From NCBI GenBank assembly GCA_050084515.1, contig CM114271.1, positions 30,628,001 through 30,692,000 on the forward strand: a stretch of DNA of 64,000 bases, written 5' to 3'. The notes below the pieces were generated by a model that was not told the origin of the DNA, did not search any database, and saw only the letters and a program-made list of their open reading frames with translations. Shown here one piece after another: positions 1 to 12,631 of the stretch. Positions within the stretch are counted from its first letter, which is position 1, and each line of letters opens with the position of its first letter. Both the position numbers and the translations under genes were made by a program. The DNA comes from Blasia pusilla (taxonomy: Eukaryota).

Positions 1-1
1 A

Positions 2-531
2 CACACTGGACGACAGTTTTACACCAACTGCACAATTTTGGGAACAGTCCTCTTTGTTTTTGGAAACGCGGCTGCTTTGTTTCGGAGTTGTCATCTGCTC
101 GTGAGATCGGGTTGCGCTACGCTTTGAGGAGCGTATTGACGGCTCAAGGTCTGACCAATCTGGTCCAAAGCACACGCTTGGTGTTTAAGAATTGCACCAT
201 TTCGGGCACGCTATATTACATGGAGGATCTTCACAAAAATGCGGTATCGCTTCAATCCTATCTCGGGCGGTCGTGGAAGAGGTTCTCCCGGACGATGTTC
301 ATCTACTCCTACCTGGACTCCGTGATATAACCCGAGGGATGGATTGCTTGGGATGGAACTTTCGCGTTGGATTCACTCTTCTACGGGGAGTATCAGTCGT
401 GTGGCCCTGGAGCGGTTTCCGCCTCGAGAGTTCCGTGGTCCAACCAGCTCACCTCCAACCAGGCCGATGCTTCCGGCATCGAGAGATTCATCCAAGGAAA
501 CCGCTGGCTTCCCTGCGCAAGGATTTCTTGA
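2..531 (+). pseudogene. Pectin methylesterase (pectinesterase) C-terminal part, disrupted
   Basis: Frame 2 reads HTGRQFYTNCTILGTVLFVFGNAAALF, matching the PME motif RQFY...GTVDFIFG with the catalytic Asp replaced by Leu. After a frameshift, frame 1 gives TAQG...YLGRSWKRFSRT...VI*PEGWIAWDGTFALDSLFYGEYQSCGPGA...FIQGNRWLP, with an in-frame TAA at 328-330. Confidence 0.85.
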
Positions 532-578
532 TTTTCAAGAAAACAAACGCAGACACTCACATGCAATTTGATCTTGCG

Positions 579-771
<193 letters not shown>

Positions 772-3313
772 AGCGCGATGAAAGTAGAGTTGGAGAGGAG
801 GGAATGCAGACATTGACTTAGTCCAGGGATGGCGTCTTAGAATCGGCTGAAGAGAAGTGGAAGTACGAAGCTCGCAACTACTACTCGTAGCTGTGCCCCA
901 CGTGGTCCTTTTGCTTACAGCCTTCCAAGACAGACTGACTGACAGAGCGCTCTTTCCGACTCGTGACTCATTTGCTTCACCGACAAGCTTTAGGGGCTCA
1001 CGCAGACAACTTGAGACTCAAGAGTACAAGAAGAAAGCGGCTTCGGTACCACAATCCTCCTTAGGCTATGCCCCCGGAGTTCGGAGGAGCTCTGCTATGG
1101 ACTCTGGAGCATGGAGCTATGGACAGTCGTGGAGGGAGGGAGCTGCTGCTCACCACTTCATTGTTCTCGCAACGTGAGCAGTGCGTGACAAACCTTCATG
1201 ATCCCCTTCTTTCCAGCTCTTTTTTCCTAGCTTCAGAATCGAGGTTTCGTCCTCTAGAACCCCTACGTTCGTCCCTCAACTACCCGCGGCGACTACAAGA
1301 GCGGCAAAACACGACCATCTCGTTTTGCCACGTGCAGGTTACGTGGGTGACCTTTATCAGCTATTAATGCCGCTAGAGGACGGGCAAGGGTGAAACATAT
1401 TCCTGATCGGAGCGGGGCTCAAATCCCGCCCACTTGGCCCGCACTTCATGACTCGGCCTTACTCACATAGCCCTGCTATATGTCAAGAGCTAGGGGGACT
1501 TTGGGTTTTAGTTATGAAAATCATTTTTTCTTATGCCTGGATTTGGCTCTCTTACAAATTTTATAGCGTTTTTATTATTTGAGTCTTATGAAATTATATT
1601 AGTAGTTATGTTTTTTTACTTGAAATATCTAATTTATATTGAAAATTTAATATGGTCTTTTTAAATTTGCAGTGAATAATATTGCGTATGCAGAGTGAGC
1701 CTAACTAGCTTACGCCATGTCAACTCTCTCATCGAGATGCAAGAGGCCGATAATTGTGGAAGAAATTGTAATAAATACGAGTCGTGAATATTTGGTAGAG
1801 AGAGATGAACATAGATTTTCATTATCTCGCTCTGAACGAAAACGAAAATTGTTTGAGGTGGACCCTAAATTTTTTGCTCCTATTTCAAATGGTTTCAATG
1901 AGACTCAGGAGGTTAGAGAAGTTTCAATAGGCGAGGAAATTGTGATTACTCTCAATAGTAATGAGAGATACTCTGTAGATATTTGTCCTGGTCTTGAAGA
2001 ACTTGACGATGGAGAATATTCCTCCACTTCCCTCTATGATTCCGAGGGATGGTATGTTGGTGACGAGTTCGACCTGGAATATAGGTGTATGGATTATGGG
2101 GATTTAGACATAAGTGCAGATAGTCGAGATATTGGAGATAAGTAGCCTAGAGAGTACTATCTATTGTATATATCCAATTAATCATCAAATCCATGTTCAT
2201 TTTGTTCTCAGATATGTCTGTTTTAGATTGTTGAGTTGAGCAAACAATCAAGTTTCATTTCTTTGGGAGTGGAATGACTAAAAAAAGTAAGTCTTCTCTG
2301 CTTGTGTTCTAATATTCAGGTGTGGAGATTTAGTATCCTTTTCTATTGAGTATTTCTTTTATTATTTTGAAATATTTCTTTTATTAAAATAATTGTGTGG
2401 ATAATGCAAGATACTTTATAAATGAGTGTTGACGATTTACGCTTTAGCGACGGTGAGTTCTACGTTCCTCTTGATGAACAAGAAAGGGATTATACACCTA
2501 TAGATGTCAACGTCGTAGAGGTGATACAAATATCAAGTCTGGAGTATGTCCCATCGCCGATCGTTGAAAATAGGAATAATGCTTCAAGTCCTGGCTATGT
2601 TCCATTGCCGATTTTTGAAAATCTGGATAAGGCTTTAAGTCCTAGCTATGTACCATTTCCAATTTTCGAAAATGGGATTAATGCTCTTAATGTTAGCATA
2701 AGCCCTTTGAGAAATGGTCAATGTTGTAGTTATGATGAGAGTGCATCTAGGATTTTAACCACACCTGTGGTGAATCATCATTCCATTTCACAAGAAGTAG
2801 TTGGAGGTCAGGAGGGAGAAGGAGATACAGATTCCACACATGATTGCATCCCTTCCTCAGATCCTATAACATCTAGCCATTCATTTGTACGTGATTGTTG
2901 CGGGTCGGGGTCATGGGAAATTAGTGATTGTCATACAATTTGCTTTGAGGACTCAAGTGAGATGAGTACGGCCGAGTCTCATTGCCTGTTAGAATGATTT
3001 TCCTATTTCAGATTTTTATAAAAACTTCAGTTATGTGTAAATTTATTTTTTAATATAGATTATAATATTCACGGACCAAATCTTGAGTAGAAGTTTGTTT
3101 TACAAATTTTTCTCTTTTTTTCTATTTTTTTTTTATATATTGACAATACATATTTTGGTCGGATGGTTGATATTGTCACATGATGCATGAATTTCAAGAG
3201 GAACCATGGAGGCGAAATGAAAAAAGACCATTCGCAGACATCACCAATGTAGTCTCTTAACCTAATGTGGAGCATGATCACCACATTTCATGTAGTGCTC
3301 CATCTTCTATACA

Positions 3314-4520
3314 GATTTCGGAGGAAGCAGAGAAGCTTGCATATAAGAAGGCTAGAAGGGTTGCTTCTCAAAGAAACAGAAAGGCGCTTCAAGATATGCG
3401 ATTTGTAACTCATTCAACGACTTTGTCATCTCCAATGTAAGGATACTTAGCATTATGATTATAGAATGATATCGTAACCATATATTCACACTCTAGATTT
3501 GTTGTGTGACTTTAATATCTTTCATGTTTGTGATGTAGACTTCCAAATCCATCGAACCCGCAATGATTACGTGATATACATCAAATTGTGAGAGGTCAAG
3601 AACAAAAGCGAAGACATGCTAAATTAGTTGAATTGAGATCTATTGAAATTGTTGTGAATGTTCCTTCGATGGAAGAATTACAGCCACCCATCATCGATGG
3701 CTCACCAAACGCAAATACTAGAAGATATTTATTTATGTATAGCATTTCTACTTTTTATTATAATAATAGTTATAATTTTTTTTCGTATTATGACTTTTTT
3801 TTATTCTTTGTTCAGGTTGGTAGCAACACCTTACAATGGAAATCTTCATGCTTCAATAGACACTACATCGTCTCCAATGTATGTTTCATCCACTCATTAA
3901 TTTCTTATTTTTTATTGGTTTTTTTTAATTTGATTTTTTAAATTTAATTATTTTGACTTGATTTTTATTAATATTTTTTTTCTCAGTCTTCCACTTCCGT
4001 CCAACCCTCGGGGATTACATGCTATGCTTCAAGTTGCACGAGCACAAGGCCAGAGAAGAAGACACAATAATTTGGCCCAAGCGAATGTTTATCAATTGTC
4101 TGTGAATCTTCTTCCTAGAGAGGAAGTCGAGGCTATAACTACTAATGACTTTCATACTCAAGCTAATATAAGGTATGCTTTACATACTTTTATTATTGAT
4201 GCTTCCTTCTTGGTCTTAAATTTTTATGAATGATTTCTAATAACAATTTTTTTTTTGCAGGCCAATTATGGTACATCATGAAGTTGAAGCTATTCCAAAC
4301 TCTAGGATTGTGGTCTTACCATCTCCAATGTATATTTCTAAACTATATACTCAAATTTAATATAGATATGTTTGTATGTATATTTATTCTTATTATAATC
4401 ATGTATATTAATTTCTTAACCTATGCTTGCAGTCTTCCAGTTCCTACCAATCCTCTACGATTATCTCACATGCTTCAAGTTGCTCGAGCTGAGGGCCAAA
4501 GAAGAAGACATGCTCATTTG
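3314..4520 (+). repeat. Tandemly repeated exon-intron module (about 440-bp period) in the Helitron N-terminal region
   Basis: Three copies of AG|xLPxPxNP...xQVARxxGQRRRH begin at about 3540, 3988 and 4434. Each is preceded by a small exon ending TCTCCAAT|GTA at 3436, 3878 and 4329. Confidence 0.7.
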
Positions 4521-4775
4521 GATGAAGTACATGAGATTGCACATGTTGGAAATTCGTTGATAAGGAATGATGCCAATGGATCTAATCGTGAAGGCCACAT
4601 GGAAGTGAATGAAGACAATGTACATGCCTCGATTCCAAATGTGGGATCACATTTGGATGAAGTACATGAGATTGCACATGTTTGTGATCCGTTGATAAGG
4701 AGCGATGCCAATACAGCCAATCGTGAAGGCCACATGGAAGACAATGTACATGCCGCGATCCAAATGTGGGATCTA
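4515..4775 (+). repeat. About 135-bp tandem duplication within Helitron coding region
   Basis: HLDEVHEIAHV...REGHME...DNVHA occurs twice in ORF 4230-4787. Confidence 0.9.
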
Positions 4776-4870
4776 GAAGGGTTGTGAACTTGAAAAAGTT
4801 GTTCAATATTGCATGTATTCCTAACTTTGAAGAGAATCACATTCGAATTCTTAGGTTGGGAGATCGTATT

Positions 4871-5440
4871 GATAGTATGACTGGCCATTTTAGTGTTGGA
4901 CTTATGAATGTTGTTTTTCCGACTTGCAATGCTCTACATTGAAAGTGTGAGAGAGTGAAATATACTAGGTTTATAAGCTCGCCTTTTAGTATGTGTTGTG
5001 GGCATGGTAAGATTCAATTACCTTATTTGACAGCTTCACCTTCTATACTAGCAGAATTACTTTCTAGTATGAGTTCAAATAGTCTTCATTTTTTGCGTAA
5101 TGCACGTGCCTATAATAGTGCTCTTCAATTGGCATCTACTGGGGCACATATGACAGAGCAACGAGGCGGTACAAGAAACTTCAGGATTCAAGGTGGTGTA
5201 TATCATTCTATTGGACCTCTTCATGCTGGAAGTGATGCTCCTCCACAATTCGCGCAAATTTATATTCATGATGATGAGCATCAGATGGAACATAAAAGAA
5301 GGATTATGAGTGGAGATTATCGCGATCAATTGAGGCCAGAGATCTTAAGGGGATTACAAGATATGTTACATGCCCATAATCCATATGTGGCTTTATTTTG
5401 AAATATGGCTATTGATCCATGTAATTCTGACTTTCATATT
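4871..5440 (+). pseudogene. Helitron Rep/Helicase, zinc-finger and N-terminal Rep region (upstream of the insertion)
   Basis: GLMNVVFPTCNALH*KCE...FSMCCGHGKIQLP...RAYNSALQLAS...FRIQGGVYHSIGPL...PQFAQIYIHD...LQDMLHAHNPYV. Confidence 0.88.
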
Positions 5441-5924
5441 TGTCACATCTGAGTAGCCGATAGGCCCAGATCTATCGTGGATAGGGCGTAGGAGCCAGCG
5501 GACTATCTTGAGTGTAACTTTGTCCCACGGTGTCGGATGAGGTTGAGGATAGGTCCATTGTGTCAGGAACGTCGTTTCTGACAACTTTCATGTTGAGGTC
5601 TTTTACAGCCGAGTGACTTGTTGACCAGGTCACCCGCCCCTGGTAACTCTTGTGGCTTGAGTTACCAAGGGGAAGGCTATTTTTAGAGGAAGAGCCTTTT
5701 GGCTCTTCCCAACCCTATATAAGAGAGGAAGATGGCTTTCCTAAGCCATCTTTCTCATGTTGGGCCGTTGGAGCACCTCCCTTGTATGTGTGTGGGATAG
5801 GACTAGGGTGCTAGCGTCCGGATTCCTTGATAGCAAAGGGTGGACGAGGCTCGATATGCCGATGTAGATTGAGGAGTGGAGTTTTAGGCCGGGTGTGCCG
5901 TTTTTACAACTCTTTATTTTTACA
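5441..5924 (+). repeat. Terminal repeat block B1 (LTR-like; promoter, R and U5)
   Basis: About 95% identical by eye to 14457-14937. Contains TATATAA and ends ...TTTTACA. Confidence 0.92.
5716..5722 (+). promoter_or_regulatory. TATA box of element 1; predicted TSS about 5747-5748
   Basis: CCTATATAAG within block B, flanked by the hairpins GGAAGAGCC-tttt-GGCTCTTCC and AAGATGGCTT-tcct-AAGCCATCTT. Confidence 0.65.
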
Positions 5925-5935
5925 TGAGAAAGATG
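5925..5935 (+). promoter_or_regulatory. Putative self-priming primer binding site
   Basis: TGAGAAAGATG lies directly after ...TACA and is the reverse complement of CATCTTTCTCA (5747-5757). No TGG-type tRNA PBS is present. Confidence 0.7.
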
Positions 5936-7079
5936 TCAGGGGGCTGGTGGGAATTCGTTGTTTGCAGGTAGGCAAGCGAGTTGCCTTGGTCGGGAGCCCC
6001 TGGAGACGTGTGTGTTGCGGGTGTTTGTCATTTTTATGTTTGGAAGGCCGTGGGCAGAAGCACTGTCCATTTTTCTCAAATTTTGCTGGTACGGATTGAC
6101 GCGGGACAGCAGCCGAGTGTAGTGTGCGGCGGAGCATTGGGTGTACGCGAATGAGGGTGTCGAGAGAGAGAAGAAAAGAGAGTTAGGGCTTGCAGCCGTC
6201 GGGGGCGCTGACGGGCGTTTAGGTTGGCGGGCGCGGACAGACAACGGCAGACAGGCGGCGACGGGAGCTGACAGGCGGCAACGGCGCGGCCTTCCCCCCC
6301 TCCAACGTGGTAGGAGTGGATGTGGTGCAGTTGTAGCGGCAAACGTGGTAGGACGGACGAGGTCGGTCCGGCGAATGTGGTTGCGCATGCATGGGCAACG
6401 TGATGGCAGGGAGGATGTCGACGTGGTGAGTGTCCGACATAGTTGGACAGTGGGCGTGACATGATGTTTTGGAGCGCGATAGGGCATTGCGAGAGTTGAC
6501 GATAGAGGGGCAGTGTGCATGATGCCGACGGGTTGTCCGCATATGTTGACGGAAGGATCGACGTGTTGGTCGAGGAGAGTGTTGTGTTGCGGAGATTGTC
6601 ATATCATATGGAGGAGTGCATGTTGACGGTGCAGCAGGTTGGAGGGCGTGATCAGGTTACCCATTCGAGTCACTTTTCCCGCACTTGTCGTGTGTGATTG
6701 AGAGTGTTGGGTATCGGGTAGTAGCTGGTGCTAGGTGGGTGAAGTGATGGTGACGAGTGTAGATTTTTTTCATGTGTAGCATGTTGGTGGATATACGGCG
6801 GTTGTCGAGTAGGGGTCGCGTGTATGACCCGAGAGAGTGTCGCTAGGTTAGGTGAGTCAATTGGGAGGCTCATGGTGAGCCCGAGTGTTGAGCGTGCGTG
6901 AGGCCGGGTATGTCATCACGGGATTGATGTTAGCATAGGTGAGCTAGTGAGGCGTGTGGGAGACTCTCGGTGAGTTTGAGTGCTTGAGCGGGTGAGACGG
7001 GTTTGTCATCACGGCGTTCTTCCATGGTTTGGAAGAACGGGGTAGTACGAGCAGTAGTAGTGGTGTGACACGGAGTTGA

Positions 7080-8400
7080 GTGAGATACCAAGGGGTTACC
7101 AGTGAGGAGCTCCCTCGACATCCATCCGTGGTTGGATCGTCATCAAAGGACGCTGGGTCTGGTGACGAGATCACAGACAGAGACAGTAGTACTTGGCAGG
7201 AGATAGACGACATGGGCTATCGGGGCATGCGTCGTTTCTCGGGTGTAGTGGGCACCATCGACTTAGATGATTTTATCCAGGAGTTCGACACATGGTGCAA
7301 ATTCCAGGAGATACGGACCCCGACACGGTTCAACCCTTTCATGGCATGGAAGGGGTTGTTCCAGCACTTAGAGGGTCCTCTGATGGATGACTACATGGAG
7401 TTTTGATCACTATATTCATTAGAGATTGATGCTTGGAGGATGTATTGGGCTCCAGGGTATGTGTCCACTATTGGTTGCGAGGCATATGATAGGATTGTGA
7501 GAGGAGAGAGACCCACACCATCAGCCTGGAGACTAGATGGAGAGGAGGGCAGTGAGATAAGCGATGTGGCAGAGACCTCTGGTGGTAGAGGGCCACCCAG
7601 CTTCAGCCCCACAGTGGAGTTCTTCCGACAGTTGGGGAAGGGCTACCAGGGCGTACGCACCGACAAGCTGAAGAGTCTACAGGATTTTCAGCGACGATCG
7701 GGTGAGAGTCTGAGAGAGGCATTCACACGCATGAGGAGGCTGATCATTGGTACGTTTAGAGTGACTGAGGCGCAGTCAGTCTAGTATTGGTACGGGGTTC
7801 TGGACCGAGAACTACGGAGGAGAGTCCGAGATGCGGTGCTGATTCACACAGCGAAGCCCACATTGAAGGTGGTCTTTGAGTTGTCTGAGCGTATTGAGCT
7901 CAACATGAGTGAGGAGCAGGTAGTGACCGCTGAATTTTCTCGAGAGTCGACGGGTCCACGAGCGACGGTGACCCCACAGGTGCCACAGCGAGCACCAGTA
8001 CCACGGGAGCGGGCCAGTGTGCCTAGAGAGCAGGGCGGGTACCATGAGCCTATGAGGCAACGACCCGTACCTACATATGTTGTCCAGCAGGGACCGATGT
8101 GGTCTTGTTGGACGTGTGGAGGGGCCCATAGACAGAGAGACTGCCCACAGCATGGGAGAGGACCACCAACGCCTCCGATTGCTCAGGAGTCACAGAGGAT
8201 GGCCCCACCACAGCACCTGTGTGACCATTGCCACAGATATGGTCACTCTAGGGATAGATGTTTTGACCTTCGCCGAGGGGCACGTCCAGAGGTAGGCTGA
8301 GGGCCTGGGGGCGGTCGTCCTTGAGGAGGTCGGGGAGTTCTTCCTGGACGTGGTGGTAGAGGACCACCACCAGCTAGAGGAGATGGAGCAGGAGCACCAG
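7080..8400 (+). pseudogene. gag of element 1, with two CCHC zinc knuckles
   Basis: RFSGVVGTIDLDDFIQEFDTWC...QRRSGESLREAFTRMRRL, followed by CWTCGGAHRQRDC and CDHCHRYGHSRDRC. Contains in-frame stops. Confidence 0.85.
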
Positions 8401-9068
8401 AGCCGGCACTTCTCTCACGCATCGATCAATTGGAGCAGAGGATTGCGGCCATGACGATGATGCAGCTTAGGGAAGGCACGGAGCTGCGAGCAGCTATTGT
8501 AACTCCAGCTTCTACCTCTTACCCTGACCCGGGTGAGGATCTCGCCAGTATGGGATTTATGTGTAGTGCAGCCCAGGTTGAGGCAGCTGCAGTGGTGACT
8601 CGGGGTGCTGTGAGAGGCACCGAGCCATCGAGAGGTGGAGTAGAGATTGACCCACCAGAGGGGATCGATGGGCGGCAGGCCAAGGTTCCACAGTCGTTCA
8701 CATTGTCCGAGGCACTACACACACCATCGATGGTGCCTCGACGACCAGCGGTGCCTACAGTTCAGGCACCTACGTCGACGTCAAGAGGAGTTGGAGTGAC
8801 AACTCCTATGCCGGCTCGAGTGGAGTCAGTGTCGACCATAGTGTTGGAGGTGGCCACCAAAGTGAGTCAGACTCCACTATTTTCCGCCATAGAGTTGGCG
8901 ACGTTGGGAGTTGGACCACCTGAGGTGTTCTGGTTGGCCGCCACGTTGTGTGAGCGTGGAGAGATGACTGCTTCTTGTTCAGAGGTAGTTGAGGAGGTGG
9001 TGGACTTGCCCTCAGAGCCGGTGCTGGGGACGTTCCCGACATAGTCAGGGCATGCGGCGGCGGCGAAG

Positions 9069-9581
9069 TTGGTAGATATGCCAGCTCGACCGGCCATAGA
9101 GCGAGCAGTGGTGACACCTCGAGTAGTGTTACTGGATAGCCGAGCTGGAGTATTTTGCTTGGTTAGTCCGACGGGGACAATATACCACCCGCAGCGCGTC
9201 CTACTTGATTCGGGAGCGCAACCCTTGATGTTAGGGAAGGCGGCGTGTTTAGCGTTGGGGTTACGGAAGGCCGACATTGAGCCTTGTCCCTTCCAGATAC
9301 AGACCTCGATTGGGGGCGTATCACCCACTCAGTATATGACTCGACAGGAGATTGTTGTTAGAGTCCAGCCAGAGCATGCGACGGATAGTGCTATGGTGCG
9401 CACATATGCAATTACGACACCAGTTGAGTCGTACGATGTGTTGGTGGGGAGTATAGTGTTATATCCCCTAGGATTCATCCTTGAATTCTGGGAGGAGACC
9501 GTTGCTTATCGGCTAGGATGGCGGTCTGGTGACGGCCGGATGAGTCAGTTACCTATGCAGTTTGTGGGAGGAGGTGGTTGA
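9069..9581 (+). pseudogene. Aspartic protease of element 1
   Basis: VLLDSGAQP active site and YDVLVG motif, in the same frame as gag. Confidence 0.9.
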
Positions 9582-9925
9582 TCACGAGGCGAGTCTGTGA
9601 CCACGTTGGCAGCTTTCATAGGTAGTGTTAGCTGGCCAGGAGAGTTGTTGGAGGGAATGCACATGCGGAGGATATCCCAATAGCGGATAGTCCCACGGAG
9701 AGACACGCCATGGCGCGTGTCTCTTCCCATGTTGGCGAGGCCTCTTCACCATTGTGGAGTACGACTCGAGAGCTACAGAGGAGTGTCGACGACCACGTGA
9801 AGCAGGCGTGGAGTCATGTTTTTATCCCAGAGCAGCGAGAGTCACGTGGCAATCGGGCTCTTGGAGTGGAGACGTTGACCCCACTAGATACCACACATGT
9901 TGTGTGGCAGTGCCCTGAGGAGGGT

Positions 9926-10870
9926 GTTAGGGTGTTAGATCTCTTCGGAGGGATTAGCACGGGATTGGCTGCACTATTGCAGGCGGGCATACGAGTGCAT
10001 CAGTACCTTTATGTGGAGAGAGATGAGACCGCGCGGTGAGTATCATTACGTCACGTGGCGAGATTGGTCCACAGGTATCCTGAGTTGTTGCTGATATCTG
10101 CAGTACGAGGATATCAGCATACGCTACCCGCCGACATCTCTTTGGTGGGGGTGCAGGATCTGGATAGAGTTGGCACCATTCATTTGGTGATTGCTGGATG
10201 GCCATGTGAGGGTCATTCATCAGCTGGCCGAGGATTTGGATTGCAGGATCCGAAGTCAGGGATGTTTTGGGAGATGTTGCGAGTATTACAACACTTGCAG
10301 GAGAGTCAGATATGTTCTCCAGCGTACATTTTGGAGAACGTGCCGTTGTTGGGAGACACTCGTGGACGAGTGATGACGAGTGTACATCAGGTGAGGTCCT
10401 GGTTGGGACCTGCTCTGTTGTTAGATGCAGCGAGAGTTGGGTCAGGTGCCCATCTTCCACGACTGTGGTGGATGAACCTGATACCATCAAAGGTACTAAG
10501 TCGAGCATATAGTGGAGTCGAAAGAGCACCACATCTCACAGTGGATGGTATTTTGGGCTCAAGGCGTCGATCTCAGGTGGTGACACGGGATGATAGACCA
10601 CCTTTGGCCATGGCCAATAGGGTGGGGGAGTTGAGGGCAGCCTTACCTACGTTGGTGAGCTTCCCAGCATCCCATGCCTTTCGCCAAGGAGGGCCAGGCA
10701 TTATTTGGGATGAGGTGACCGGAGCATTGGAGGAGCCTACAGCAGATGAGCGCGAGCGCGCCATGGGGTTCACTACCGGTACTACGGCGGTGCCAGGGAT
10801 GACCGAGGCATCCCGGAGACAGGTTTTGGGGCAGGCGATGGACCTCAATTGTCTCACATGGATAGTCAGC
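9926..10870 (+). pseudogene. C5 cytosine DNA methyltransferase domain, DNMT3-like, inside element 1 pol
   Basis: Motifs in canonical order: I VLDLFGGISTG, II YVERD, IV IAGWPCEG, VI YILENV, VIII LLDAARVGSGAHLPRLWWMNL, IX ERERAMGF, X SRRQVLGQAM. One stop at 10037-10039. Confidence 0.93.
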
Positions 10871-11180
10871 CTAGGTGTGGCTAAGCAGAGACGAATGCGA
10901 GTGTCATCCATGCCGTCACGTCCACGAGTTGGACCATTGCCCTCTGTGGTCAATCATGAGGCATTGGCTGGGGACGAGACGAGGAGAGATAGGCACCCAT
11001 GGACTTCCTGGGACGTCATCCGAGCAGAGAGTGCGAAGGCGGCTAGAGTAGCACATGTTCAATTTTTTGGATGTGGAGCATGGTGTAGAAGGTCAGAGTG
11101 GAGTGGTTGTTGCGGAGGTGGCTAGGGTTGCTACATAGCAACCAAAGCCGGAGGTTGCGTCCTCTCCGAGTGAGGTCACG

Positions 11181-12631
11181 ATGGAGACTTGGGAGCCTGT
11201 GATAGGTCTCAAGTTGATAGGAGGAGAGCGACGGCGAGTTCATAGGTTTCTGAGAGGGCATGTCAGTTGTTTTGCCTTCAATATGAGAGACTTGGGTACG
11301 CTGCAGGGTCTCGGGATACGGATTGAGTTGGCTAGTGATACGCCGATCTTTCGTCAACCCTACAGGTATTCTGATATGGAGCGAGTCTTGATTCAGAGCA
11401 GGAGTCAGGACTTGTGGAGTTTTCACATGGGGAGTATGCATCTGCCACAGTCATGCCGGCGAAGAAGGATATGTATGGCAATTGGACGGATAGGCGGATG
11501 TGTGGAGATTACCGTCCTATCAACCGACAGACGAGGTCAGATCGATATGCCATGCCTACTCCTGAGGAGATCTTTGATGCGATAGGGCATGCAAAGATCT
11601 TCAATACTTTAGATCTCCGTGCTGGCTATCATTAGCTTCTTATCAGGTTGGAGGATAGGGAGAAGACAACATTCTGGGGGATGGATTGGTTCGGGAGAGA
11701 TTGCTTGTATCAGTGGCGGTTCTTACCATTTGGGTTGAAGAACGCGCCTGCAGAGTTTCAAAGAGTGATGGATAGGATTCTGGCTGGCTTGGATTTTGTA
11801 CGATGTTACATAGATGATATTCTTATCTTCAGTTCCACGGTTGAGGAGCATGAGCGACACTTGGAGGAGGTGTTTTGGCGATTTCAGTTACATGGACTGA
11901 AGTTACATCCAGGCAAGTGCAGATTCTTTCAAGAGCAGATTGAGTACTTGGGACACACCATATACCCAAGTGGGTTAGGTGTTCAGCAGACGAAGGTAGA
12001 GGCTATTGCGCAGATTCCACGCCCTACAGATGTGAGTCGAGTCCGAGCATTTCTTGGACTGACGAACTTCTATTGACGGTATGTTAAGGGTTTTAGTGCG
12101 ATCACAAAGTCTTTGACCTTGTTGACGAGACTTGATCAGGTTTGGTTGTGGGGAGATGATCAGGAGCGAGCATTTCAAGAGCTCAAGGACAGGTTGATGT
12201 CCTCACCCATTTTACAGAGACCGGTTAGGGGTCGCCCATTCCAGTTACATAAGGATTGGAGCATGTTGGATCTAGGAGCAGTGCTTACTCAGAGGGATGA
12301 CGAGGAGAAGGAGTTCGTTGTGGCTTATGCGAGCCGATCGAACAACATTGCAGAGGCAAAGTACAGCTCCTATGAGGGAGAGTGCTTGGCTGTAGTGTGG
12401 GCCGTGGCACATTTTAGGTGCTATTTATTTGGCAACCCTTTCACACTTATCACCGATCATCAGCCGTTGAGGTGGTTGATGGAGTCCGACAAGCTTACGG
12501 GCAAGCTTGCCCGGTGGGCTATATTACTACAGGAGTATGAGTTTGAGGTGATTCATAGGCCACGTTGGCTTAACCAGGATGCGGATGGGTTGAGTCGTAA
12601 CCCATGTCCGAGTCAGAGAGACGACACATGA
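11181..12631 (+). pseudogene. Reverse transcriptase and RNase H of element 1
   Basis: RRMCGDYRPIN, LDLRAGYH, LPFGLKNAPAEFQ, YIDD, DWSMLDLGAVL, YEGECLAVVWAV, TDHQPL. Confidence 0.95.

Noticed and set aside
5827-6873. Overlapping GC-rich ORFs on both strands
   Set aside because: They lie in the 5' leader of element 1, show no recognisable motifs and are not conserved in element 2.
9926-10870. Host DRM gene or bacterial restriction-modification MTase
   Set aside because: The motif order is not permuted, there are no introns, it is embedded in pol in two elements, and no endonuclease partner is present.
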